Shown: positions 36,009 through 43,824 of the stretch, one piece after another
How positions within the stretch are numbered: position 1 is the stretch's first letter
How the letters are laid out: every line of letters starts with the position of its first letter
Source of the DNA: a virus
Direction: 5' to 3' (one strand)
Virus record (IMG/VR): IMGVR_UViG_3300037042_006844
Span: 122,556-186,555 of that record
Length of the DNA: 64,000 nt
The notes under the pieces: model-generated
Told to the model about the DNA's origin: nothing
Database searches by the model: none
What the model saw: the letters and a program-made list of their open reading frames with translations, nothing else
Position numbers and translations under genes: made by a program

Positions 36009-38457
36009 GAGTTTATCGCTGAGAATGAAAACTATCGCAACCAATAACACAGTCACAAACAGTCCAAACCTTACTTCGACTGGATTTACCATCCGTCCGA
36101 AGAATTTGGGAAAAATCATCAATATCGTTGAGAACGACATCTATTCTGATAAAGTTCTCGCCGTTATCCGAGAATATTCCTGCAATGCCTACGATGCCAA
36201 TATCGAAGCTGGCAAGCGGGAGACTCCCATCGTTGTTTCTCTACCATCACGTTTGAGCAGTGAGTTCAAAGTTCGTGATTACGGCAATGGTTTGACCGAA
36301 GCTGAAATTCATGAGATTTATACCTCCTACGGTGAATCCACCAAAGAGGATTCCGATGATTATATCGGTCAGCTTGGAATTGGTAGCAAGAGCGGCTTTG
36401 CTTATGGTGAGAATTTCGTTGTGACCAGTTGGAAAAACGGAGTCAAAACCATTTACAACGCCGTAAAAGGCACCAATGAGCGTCAGATGGTGAAGCTGTT
36501 CAGCCTACCTTCCGATGAACCCAGTGGTATTGAAGTGACCATTCCTGTTAAAAACGGGGATGAGGTATCATTCAAAAACAAAAGCATTGAGTTTTTCAAG
36601 TATTGGAAAATCCAACCCAAGCTAATTGGTGCGAGCCAGCAAGAAATCGACTCTTTCCAAACCCCAGTAATTCTTGAAGGCAAAGGTTGGCAAATTACCA
36701 AATCGTTCAACAGTAAATGGTCGGGTGTGTCTGCGATTGCCGTCATGGGCAACATTTCATATCCTATTCAGTGGGGGTTGGTGCAAGATAAACTGCGCAC
36801 CCATTTGGATTCGATGACCCAGGATAGAACGCTTTTCATGAAGTTTCTGCCGTTTATCACCAACAATCGGTTCGTGATTCGGTTCGGCATTGGGGACGTT
36901 CAGATGGCTCCCAGCCGAGAAGCATTGCAATACACTGACCGCACCGTTAATGGCATTGTCAAACGCCTTTTGGAAATCAGCAAAGAAATCGAAGCAGTGG
37001 TCCTCAATATTTTCAACAATTGCACAACGTTGTGGGAATACAAAGGTCATCTCAATAACATTTTTGGAAGAGCTTTGGGTGGTGGTTATTACTCTGCTCA
37101 CGAGACTGTGTTCTATAGTATGTCAAACATTGAAGTGCTTTATGATTTGGTTAAAAACAAATTGCATTTCAACGGAGCCAACGTGGTCAGCGCACATTAC
37201 GAAAATGTTTCTTATTGGGATGTCAACAAAGGAAAAGTATCGATGGTGCTCCAACCAAAAGCATCTCCATCATTATCGCCAGGAGCAACTTTAAGTAGTA
37301 GTATGCAAGAGCCTGCCTACGAGTCAATCGTAACTAGCCATTACGTTAATAGCCGCGATAAATTGGTAACTGAGTCTCCGAGATTTGGAAACCAGTATTT
37401 CAAAATCATTGCCACTCCCCATGCACATTTTGTGATCATGGATATTGATCGCAAAAGCAATGTCAAGCAGTGTCTCAAATGGTATATCAGTGAAGGCGCA
37501 AAAAATCCTAAATTGAATATTCAGCATCGTGCTCCGAAACTGGTTTATACACTACAATTTGGAAATGATGCGGTGCGTGCTGCATTTTTCAATGCGTTTA
37601 ACATCAAAGGTGCTACAATTGTCAATTTCAGCCAAATATTTGAACTGTATAAACCATTGATTCCAAAACGGCAGAGTTCTGCTACCAAGCTGGAAGATGA
37701 TACTGTGTATTGCGGCATGATTAACCCTGGGAACCATTTCAGCTACTATCGGTCCCGCAACACGCTCGACGCTCTGGCAGAGTGGAGAGCCAACGTTGAT
37801 CTCAAAGCTGAAAAAGGGTTTTATGTTGATATGAGCAGTGCCAACGGGAATGTTGTGATCAATGGTATGGTGATTACGCCTTGGACATTTTTCAGCAATA
37901 TCAGTATGCTAAAAAATGCTGGTGTTGATTTTGGTCAAATTACTCGGGTTCAACTATTCGGTAGTCGCATTATGAATGGGAATAAATTTGATCGCAACAA
38001 ACAAAATTGGACAAATTTTGTTACATACATGGAACAGTTTCTCCGGGGCTACGACAAAAGTCCGTTCGTGGCTTCGTCTGTTATACATAAAAGAGTTAAT
38101 GATCCACATCGACCGTTTTATATTCACAAAGATGCATTGGCGCAGATCGCGCAGTATTTTTCAAAAAATCATTTGTTGCACGAATTCCTCGGTGCGTTTC
38201 CTTGGATGCCGACCAACATTCAAGATCGGATTGGTATTTTGAATTCGTTGCACGTTGAGATTGTGCATGGAAAGGATGTTGCGGTTAAAGACACGATGGA
38301 ACATTATTTTGACACGATCATCAAGAAATATCCCATGCTTAAAACACTGCTATTTGTCCCCAGTTATAAAGATGTGCAGGGTCAGGTCCCAGTGACGATT
38401 GTCCAAGAAATTGTTGATTATATTAAACTTGTTGACAGCCTTCAAAGTAACGGCTAA
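36007..38457 (+). CDS. rIIA: rIIA-like protein with an N-terminal GHKL ATPase fold
   Basis: N-box EYSCNAYDA, G1 box VRDYGNGL and G2 box GQLGIGSKSGF. About 800 aa. Directly upstream of a clear rIIB homologue. Confidence 0.65.
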   Translation: MSLSLRMKTIATNNTVTNSPNLTSTGFTIRPKNLGKIINIVENDIYSDKVLAVIREYSCNAYDANIEAGKRETPIVVSLPSRLSSEFKVRDYGNGLTEAEIHEIYTSYGESTKEDSDDYIGQLGIGSKSGFAYGENFVVTSWKNGVKTIYNAVKGTNERQMVKLFSLPSDEPSGIEVTIPVKNGDEVSFKNKSIEFFKYWKIQPKLIGASQQEIDSFQTPVILEGKGWQITKSFNSKWSGVSAIAVMGNISYPIQWGLVQDKLRTHLDSMTQDRTLFMKFLPFITNNRFVIRFGIGDVQMAPSREALQYTDRTVNGIVKRLLEISKEIEAVVLNIFNNCTTLWEYKGHLNNIFGRALGGGYYSAHETVFYSMSNIEVLYDLVKNKLHFNGANVVSAHYENVSYWDVNKGKVSMVLQPKASPSLSPGATLSSSMQEPAYESIVTSHYVNSRDKLVTESPRFGNQYFKIIATPHAHFVIMDIDRKSNVKQCLKWYISEGAKNPKLNIQHRAPKLVYTLQFGNDAVRAAFFNAFNIKGATIVNFSQIFELYKPLIPKRQSSATKLEDDTVYCGMINPGNHFSYYRSRNTLDALAEWRANVDLKAEKGFYVDMSSANGNVVINGMVITPWTFFSNISMLKNAGVDFGQITRVQLFGSRIMNGNKFDRNKQNWTNFVTYMEQFLRGYDKSPFVASSVIHKRVNDPHRPFYIHKDALAQIAQYFSKNHLLHEFLGAFPWMPTNIQDRIGILNSLHVEIVHGKDVAVKDTMEHYFDTIIKKYPMLKTLLFVPSYKDVQGQVPVTIVQEIVDYIKLVDSLQSNG

Positions 38458-38550
38458 GATACTTATAGTGGATAGAACAAAAACGTCGGTCATAACAAAT
38501 TAGAGAGTAATAAACAAAAAAGAATAGATAGCAATAATAATAATAAACAT

Positions 38551-39843
38551 ATGATTAGCATAAGCCAAAGCACCAATAGCGTCACGATCATCATCTCCGA
38601 TCCAGTGACCTTTACATACGAAGGACATTATACAGTTAATCGGGATCAAGCCCATTACGAAGCTGTAATGGAAGCGATTCGCAACAACGATGAGGCTGCG
38701 ATCAAGAATCTGTGCAATGTTTCAAAAGCCATTACAACCTACACCGAGGGTAAGGTCCGAGTTGAAAACGGTCACGTTTACTACGGCAATGTTCTTGTGG
38801 AGGGCATCATTGTGGATCGTATTTTGGGATTCATCAAGGAAAAGCTGCCCATTCAGCCCGTTCTTCGTTTCATCAACAAGCTCATGGAAAATCCTTCCAG
38901 CCGTGCTGTGAATGAACTCTACAAGTTCCTTGAGCACCGCAACATGCCCATCGGTCCTGACGGCACTTTCTTCGCATACAAGGGAGTTCAGAATGATTAT
39001 TTCAGCAAAACTGCTGGCGACATCGAAGTCATTGAAGGCATCGTGGCAGATGGTAAAATTCTGAATGCTGTTGGTCAACGAATCGAAGTAAAGCGTAATC
39101 AAGTTTGCGACAACAAAGACATTGGTTGCAGCAAAGGGCTTCATGCTGGCAGTCTGAAGTATGCTTGCGAGTTTGGCTCTGATGGCAAAGTTGTGATCGT
39201 GGAGATCGATCCCAAGGACGTTGTGAGCATTCCCACAGATTGCGGTTGTCAAAAGCTTCGGACTTGCGCCTACAAAGTGGTTGGAGAGTTCGAAGGAGTT
39301 CCTTTGAGCGACAACTATTGCGATGCATATTCAGATGATGATGCGACCTACGAAGATGAAACTGACGAGAACGAAAGCGATCATTGTTGCGGCGATCCCG
39401 CCGACGGTTGCCCATGTGGTTGCGGCAGCGATCCCGAAAAGTGCATTGCTCGTCCTGCGGATGATGACGATGACGAAATCATCGAAGTCGCGGTTTCCGA
39501 CACAAACAATACGTGTTCTTCAAATTGTGAATGTAAATACGATGAAACCGATACATGCACCCATTGCGGAGGTAATCTTAACAGCGAATGCTGCCAGCAC
39601 AGTGACGATTCCGAGCCACAAACCGTTCTGGACGATGCTTTCGGCGAGGGATTTGATGATGGATACGATGACGGTGTAAACAGTTTGGGATATCAAGGCA
39701 CGACTTTGGATATCACCGAAGATGTTGTTCGCAATGAGCACATTGTGACTGCCGCCCAATACAGCGAGGTCTGGAAAGAGGGATACCAGAAGGGATATGA
39801 TGAAGGTGTGCGGGAACGTCCAGACAATAATGTTAACGTCTGA
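38551..39843 (+). CDS. rIIB: rIIB-like protein with an extra Cys/Asp-rich C-terminal extension
   Basis: Blocks matching T4 rIIB: VENGHVYYGNVLVEGIIVDRILGF, NPSSRAVNELYKFLE, DGTFFAYKGV, CSKGLHAGS and DPKDVVSIPTDCGCQKLRTCAYKVV. About 120 additional C-terminal residues rich in Cys, Asp and Glu. Confidence 0.75.
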   Translation: MISISQSTNSVTIIISDPVTFTYEGHYTVNRDQAHYEAVMEAIRNNDEAAIKNLCNVSKAITTYTEGKVRVENGHVYYGNVLVEGIIVDRILGFIKEKLPIQPVLRFINKLMENPSSRAVNELYKFLEHRNMPIGPDGTFFAYKGVQNDYFSKTAGDIEVIEGIVADGKILNAVGQRIEVKRNQVCDNKDIGCSKGLHAGSLKYACEFGSDGKVVIVEIDPKDVVSIPTDCGCQKLRTCAYKVVGEFEGVPLSDNYCDAYSDDDATYEDETDENESDHCCGDPADGCPCGCGSDPEKCIARPADDDDDEIIEVAVSDTNNTCSSNCECKYDETDTCTHCGGNLNSECCQHSDDSEPQTVLDDAFGEGFDDGYDDGVNSLGYQGTTLDITEDVVRNEHIVTAAQYSEVWKEGYQKGYDEGVRERPDNNVNV

Positions 39844-39874
39844 CCGCACATAGGATAGATTATAAATACCACCA

Positions 39875-39908
39875 GAGGGGCAGCGAAAGCTGCCCCTCTT
39901 TTTTGTTG
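39875..39908 (+). terminator. rho-independent terminator
   Basis: AGAGGGGCAGC-GAAA-GCTGCCCCTCT followed by TTTTTTG. Confidence 0.6.
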
Positions 39909-39920
39909 AAAATTATTTGA

Positions 39921-39948
39921 GTTGACGTTTTGCCAATTGGCGGTATAG
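39921..39948 (+). promoter_or_regulatory. sigma70-like promoter (TTGACG-N16-TATAGT) for the NAMPT gene
   Basis: Followed by an approximately 200-nt GC-rich structured leader before the ATG at 40159. Confidence 0.45.
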
Positions 39949-40158
39949 TTATGTATGTAGCCGAGATGAGATTTATAAGTCGAAGCTGCGAAACAGCTGT
40001 TAACCCAACCCATCTCCCCAGAAGCCAACACCATTTCCATGGTTTCGGGTGGTATAGTTTCCGTCCGACCTCAGATGTCTCTGTAAGGGGCTGCATCTGG
40101 AGGTAGGGATCCGATCACCGACTCTGTTCAAATTCCAACAAAGAAAGACGTTTAAGAT

Positions 40159-41556
40159 ATGAATAAAAACATCTGTTTAACTACTGACAGCTACAAGCTA
40201 AACCATTGGAATCAATACCCTCGTAACACCGAGATTGTGTATAGTTATTTCGAGTGTCGCAAAGGAGCAACCTTCGCCGAAACCCCGTTCTTCGGGCTTC
40301 AATACATTATTAAAAGCCACCTTGAGGGCGCAGTCGTGACCAGGGAGAATATTGAGAAGGCAGCTAGGCTTTGCAAATTCCATTTTGGCGACGAGCGTTA
40401 CTTCAACCGTGAGGGCTGGGAATACATCCTCAATAATTGGGGAGGTAAACTTCCAGTCGTTATCAAGGCTGTTGAGGAGGGAACTGTGGTTCCGGTCAAC
40501 AACGTGTTGATGACCATTGAGAATGTGGGCGGTGCCATGACGGCTTGGCTCACCAATTTCCTTGAGACGATTTTGTCCCAAGTATGGTATCCCACAACCG
40601 TTGCAGCTTTGAGCCGTGAGGTCAAAAAGAATATCAAAGAATATCTTGATTTAACCAGTGAGGGCGGACTGCTCAATTTCGGACTGCATGATTTTGGGTT
40701 CCGGGGGGCATCGTCTTGGGAATCTGCTGGTATTGGTGGTGCGGCTCATCTAATCAACTTCCTTGGCACCGATACTTTGGTCGCGATGGAGGTCGCCATG
40801 AACTATTACAATGCAAACCTCGAAGGATTAGCATACAGTGTGGCAGCAACCGAGCACAGTGTGATGACTGCTTTGGGCAAGGACGGTGAGGAAACGGTCG
40901 TCGAGAATCTGCTCAATGAATATCCCACGGGTATTCTTTCTGTGGTCTCCGATAGCTACGACATCTACAATTTTGTTAACAACATCGTTGGACGCAAATT
41001 TAAGGATTGGATTCTTGAGCGTGATGGTGTGTTCGTGGTTAGACCAGATTCCATTACTCCGAGCCATCCAACTCCTGAGCAGGAAATGGTTTGGATTATG
41101 TGGAGTCTTTGGGACAATTTTGGTGGCATTATAAACAGCAAGGGATTTAATGTTATCAATCCCAAGGTTCGTGTTCTTTGGGGCGATGGAATCGATTTGG
41201 AAGGTATCAAAAAGATTCTGTGTGCTGTTGCCGATGCTGGATTTGCAACCGAAAATATCGCATGTTTCGGAATGGGTGGCGGACTCTTACAGAAAGTCAA
41301 TCGTGATACACAGCGTTGTGCATTCAAATCGTCTGCACAGTATCGCAACGGTCAGTGGTTTGATATTTTCAAGAGTCCCAAGGATATTTCCAAGGCTTCC
41401 AAAAAGGGCAAGCTCAAGCTCACCAAGATTGACGGCAAGTTCGTTACTGTTGGTGAAAACGATCCCGGTGAGGATTATTTGAAGGTTGTGTTTACGAATG
41501 GTGTGCTGGTCAAGGAAATTGACTTTGCAACCGTTCGCAAGAACGCTGCTCTATGA
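40159..41556 (+). CDS. nicotinamide phosphoribosyltransferase family protein (NAMPT/NadV; possibly the Namat of a NARP1 pathway)
   Basis: Full-length match to the NAMPT family: LTTDSYKLNHW, VYSYFECR, FGLQY, KAVEEGTVVP, HDFGFRGASS, GTDT, EHS, VVSDSYDIYN, RPDSI, GDGID, FGMGGGLLQKVNRDTQRCAFK and EIDFATVRKNAAL. Confidence 0.85.
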   Translation: MNKNICLTTDSYKLNHWNQYPRNTEIVYSYFECRKGATFAETPFFGLQYIIKSHLEGAVVTRENIEKAARLCKFHFGDERYFNREGWEYILNNWGGKLPVVIKAVEEGTVVPVNNVLMTIENVGGAMTAWLTNFLETILSQVWYPTTVAALSREVKKNIKEYLDLTSEGGLLNFGLHDFGFRGASSWESAGIGGAAHLINFLGTDTLVAMEVAMNYYNANLEGLAYSVAATEHSVMTALGKDGEETVVENLLNEYPTGILSVVSDSYDIYNFVNNIVGRKFKDWILERDGVFVVRPDSITPSHPTPEQEMVWIMWSLWDNFGGIINSKGFNVINPKVRVLWGDGIDLEGIKKILCAVADAGFATENIACFGMGGGLLQKVNRDTQRCAFKSSAQYRNGQWFDIFKSPKDISKASKKGKLKLTKIDGKFVTVGENDPGEDYLKVVFTNGVLVKEIDFATVRKNAAL

Positions 41557-41613
41557 ACTACCCACCCGCTAAAGCAGGCGGGTTTTCTGCTCCCACAAAG
41601 ATAAAATTGTGAA
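41551..41613. mobile_element. apparent tnpB-less miniature derivative of IS-2 (right-end hairpin fused to left-end sequence)
   Basis: 41551-41587 (CTATGAACTACCCACCCGCTAAAGCAGGCGGGTTTTC) matches 60849-60885 at the IS-2 tnpB 3' end in 35 of 37 positions. The next stretch TCTGCTCCCACAAAGATAAAATTGTG matches TCTGCTCCCTCAAAGATAAATATAGTG at 62133-62158, beyond the tnpB start. The NAMPT stop codon lies inside the element. Confidence 0.4.
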
Positions 41614-41661
41614 AATGGTCGGAATTCCTCCCCTTAGGGGTTTCCTTCCTCCAAAACTATG
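41614..41661 (+). repeat. conserved 5' leader element, copy 2
   Basis: AATGGTCGGAATTCCTCC-CCTTAGGGG-TTTCCTTCCTCCAAAACTATG. The stem differs from copy 1 but remains self-complementary. Confidence 0.55.
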
Positions 41662-41677
41662 AAATGGATTAATCCCC

Positions 41678-41705
41678 TTGACTTCTATAAAATCTGTGGT
41701 ATACT
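41678..41705 (+). promoter_or_regulatory. sigma70-like promoter (TTGACT-N16-TATACTTTAG)
   Basis: Near-identical -10 region and downstream sequence to the helicase promoter. ATG 7 nt downstream. Confidence 0.5.
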
Positions 41706-41711
41706 TTAGAT

Positions 41712-41846
41712 ATGAGTGAATATAAAATAAAAACTGTCGTTAATATAGAGTTGGAAAAGGATCATGTTACTGTTGTGGTGTGTGAAAAAGCAGGGTATTT
41801 AGTTCATTATTTCTCATTCGACAATTCGATGGTCATTACTTGGTGA
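41712..41846 (+). CDS. leaderless small ORF of 44 aa (MSEYKIKTVVNIELEKDHVTVVVCEKAGYLVHYFSFDNSMVITW), not in the ORF track
   Basis: ATG 7 nt after the -10 box. Stop TGA at 41844-46. Too short to appear in the supplied track. Confidence 0.3.
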   Translation: MSEYKIKTVVNIELEKDHVTVVVCEKAGYLVHYFSFDNSMVITW

Positions 41847-41858
41847 AAACATAAACGT

Positions 41859-42407
41859 ATGATAAAACTCAAATTACAACAGTGTTTGTGGATCAATCTG
41901 GCGTTTCCAGAATCATCCAAACTGCAACAGCGTGGTATTGCCGACAAGATTGAATCCGACTGCGTTGACATTATCAAAGCAAATTTCACCAATGTAAAAG
42001 CTGCTCGCAGTCGCAGAAGCATTGAAGATGTCACGGTGGAAGGTTGTTATGTTGACATCAAAACCAGCGATGAAGTTTTAATGTTCAAAATGCCCAACTT
42101 GATCAGCATTGATCGGCTTCACAAGTTGGATAAACCACTGTTCTATGTGTTTGTTACCTATAACAGCATCAACAAAGTTATTCTCGACATTAAAGTGATG
42201 AACGTCTATGAATTGAACTGGAGCCAATTGCATATCCAAAATTTGGGTGTGGGACAGCTTCAAATCAAAAACATGTCGAGATTCATGAAAGCTGGTCCCA
42301 GCGCGATGAATGAGCAAACGTGGAAAAACACATTGAAACAACAAGCGGTTCTTTTCTACGACAAGCTGATCAAAAAAACAGAAATTCGTAAAAATAAATG
42401 GTCGTAA
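41859..42407 (+). CDS. hypothetical protein between the NAMPT-family and PRPS-family genes
   Basis: 182-aa ORF. Contains EGCYVDIKTSDE, which resembles a PD-(D/E)xK core, but this is only weakly supported. Confidence 0.45.
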   Translation: MIKLKLQQCLWINLAFPESSKLQQRGIADKIESDCVDIIKANFTNVKAARSRRSIEDVTVEGCYVDIKTSDEVLMFKMPNLISIDRLHKLDKPLFYVFVTYNSINKVILDIKVMNVYELNWSQLHIQNLGVGQLQIKNMSRFMKAGPSAMNEQTWKNTLKQQAVLFYDKLIKKTEIRKNKWS

Positions 42408-42422
42408 TAATATAAAATCACT

Positions 42423-43403
42423 ATGAACGTGAACACTCTAAAGTTATTTGCGGGAACCAGCAACGTTCCACTTGCTGAACGTATAGCTTCCAATTTTTTG
42501 AACTCCAAACTCGGCGATATTTTTCACCACAAATTTCCCAGCGGAGAAACATATTGCCAATTTCGTGAGAATATTCGTGGGTGTGATGTGTTTTTGATTC
42601 AAAGCATCACTGCTCCCGCCAACGAAAATTTGATGGAATTGTTGGTGATGGCGGATGCTGCTAGACGCGCCAGTGCAGACCGCATTACTGCAATCATTCC
42701 CTATTTTGGCTATGCCAGACAAGATAGAAAAGAGAAAAGCAGGGTGCCGATCACTGCCAAGCTCGTTTTGGACTTGATCGAAGCGAGCGGAATTGACCGT
42801 GTGGTAACTATGGATTTGCACAGTCCACAGGTCAGTGGCTTCACCAACCTTCCGTTCGACCATCTGACCTTTGAACCCGTATTGAACAATTGGATTAGAA
42901 ACAAATACCATAGTTTGGCTTTGCGAGACAGTGTTATTTTGATGGCACCCGATGTTGGAGCCGTCAAACGTGTGGAAAAATACGCAACCACGCTTGGCAC
43001 TGACTTTGGATTCATCAGCAAAAAGCGTGTGGGTGATGATACGGTTGAATTGCAAAGCATTGTTGGTGACGTGGCTGACAAGCACGTTGTTATCATCGAT
43101 GATCTGACCGAGAGTTGCGGAACCATGATTCAAGCTGCCAAGGCTTGCAAACACAATGGAGCCAAAAATGTGACATGTGCGGTGACTCATGGAGCTTTCA
43201 CGAATATTGGTGTGGAACGTTTGTGTGAAACATCCAGCATCGATCATTTGGTTCACAGCAACACAGTGAATCATGCATGGGACACAAACATGGATATGTG
43301 CAAAGACCCTCGCAGCATCACACAGCTTGATGTCAGCATGTTGTTTGCCAAAGCAATCAGCAGCATTCACAACAACGAAAGCATCAGTGAATTATTTGTA
43401 TGA
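42423..43403 (+). CDS. ribose-phosphate pyrophosphokinase family protein (PRPS, or the ADPR pyrophosphokinase Adps of a NARP1 pathway)
   Basis: PRPS architecture: N-terminal domain, VVTMDLHSPQVSGFTNLPFDHL (flexible loop) and VVIIDDLTESCGTMIQAAK (PRPP-binding loop). The latter deviates from the canonical DDMIDTAGT. Confidence 0.8.
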   Translation: MNVNTLKLFAGTSNVPLAERIASNFLNSKLGDIFHHKFPSGETYCQFRENIRGCDVFLIQSITAPANENLMELLVMADAARRASADRITAIIPYFGYARQDRKEKSRVPITAKLVLDLIEASGIDRVVTMDLHSPQVSGFTNLPFDHLTFEPVLNNWIRNKYHSLALRDSVILMAPDVGAVKRVEKYATTLGTDFGFISKKRVGDDTVELQSIVGDVADKHVVIIDDLTESCGTMIQAAKACKHNGAKNVTCAVTHGAFTNIGVERLCETSSIDHLVHSNTVNHAWDTNMDMCKDPRSITQLDVSMLFAKAISSIHNNESISELFV

Positions 43404-43593
43404 TAGCAACATTTACTGATATATATTACCAGATACGCACATAAAAAGAAAGTGCTTGCAGTTTGATGGAACGGTGTTAAGATAGAAGTGTTGATGGTTC
43501 TTTGCATGGTGAGGGGAGCAGCCCTTCCAGAACATCTTTGAATGGCGGAGTCGCCTCGACCTAAAAATCGAATGCGACCATCGAAAAGAACAG

Positions 43594-43622
43594 TTGACAG
43601 ACAGAGCAAAGTCTGCTAAGAT
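43594..43622 (+). promoter_or_regulatory. sigma70-like promoter (TTGACA-N17-TAAGAT) for the tRNA cluster
   Basis: About 35 nt upstream of the first tRNA. Confidence 0.45.
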
Positions 43623-43657
43623 AGATGAAGTTAGCAGTTGATTTTTGAAATTAGAAT

Positions 43658-43732
43658 GGGGTCTAAGCTTTAATGGTGAAGCAAGCGGCTTTTAACCGCT
43701 AGAAGACGGATCGTTACCGTCAGGCCCTACCA
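43658..43732 (+). tRNA. tRNA-Lys (anticodon UUU)
   Basis: Manual fold. Acceptor stem GGGGTCT/AGGCCCT with G1-U72 and U5-G68 wobble pairs. D arm GCTT-TAATGGTG-AAGC. Anticodon stem-loop AGCGG-CTTTTAA-CCGCT. T arm GACGG-ATCGTTA-CCGTC. ACCA encoded. Confidence 0.65.
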
Positions 43733-43748
43733 AATTTACAGTTAAAAT

Positions 43749-43824
43749 GGGGTTATCGTCTAATGGCTAGGACGGGAGACTTTCAATCTCCAAATCGTGG
43801 GTTCAATTCCCCGTAGCCCTACCA
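43749..43824 (+). tRNA. tRNA-Glu (anticodon UUC), with a T stem that pairs poorly
   Basis: Acceptor stem GGGGTTA/TAGCCCT (with wobbles). D arm GTCT…GGAC. Anticodon stem-loop GGAGA-CTTTCAA-TCTCC. T loop TTCAATT. ACCA encoded. Only 3 bp of the T stem pair in my fold. Confidence 0.45.

Noticed and set aside
38722-39415. Minus-strand ORFs inside rIIB
   Set aside because: They are antisense to a CDS with strong rIIB homology.
41659-41700. 13-codon ORF (MKWINPLDFYKICGIL) initiating right after leader copy 2
   Set aside because: It overlaps the 41678 promoter. It may be a regulatory upstream ORF but is too short to call.
42444-43370. 308-aa minus-strand ORF
   Set aside because: It lies exactly antisense to the PRPS-family gene, whose homology is unambiguous.
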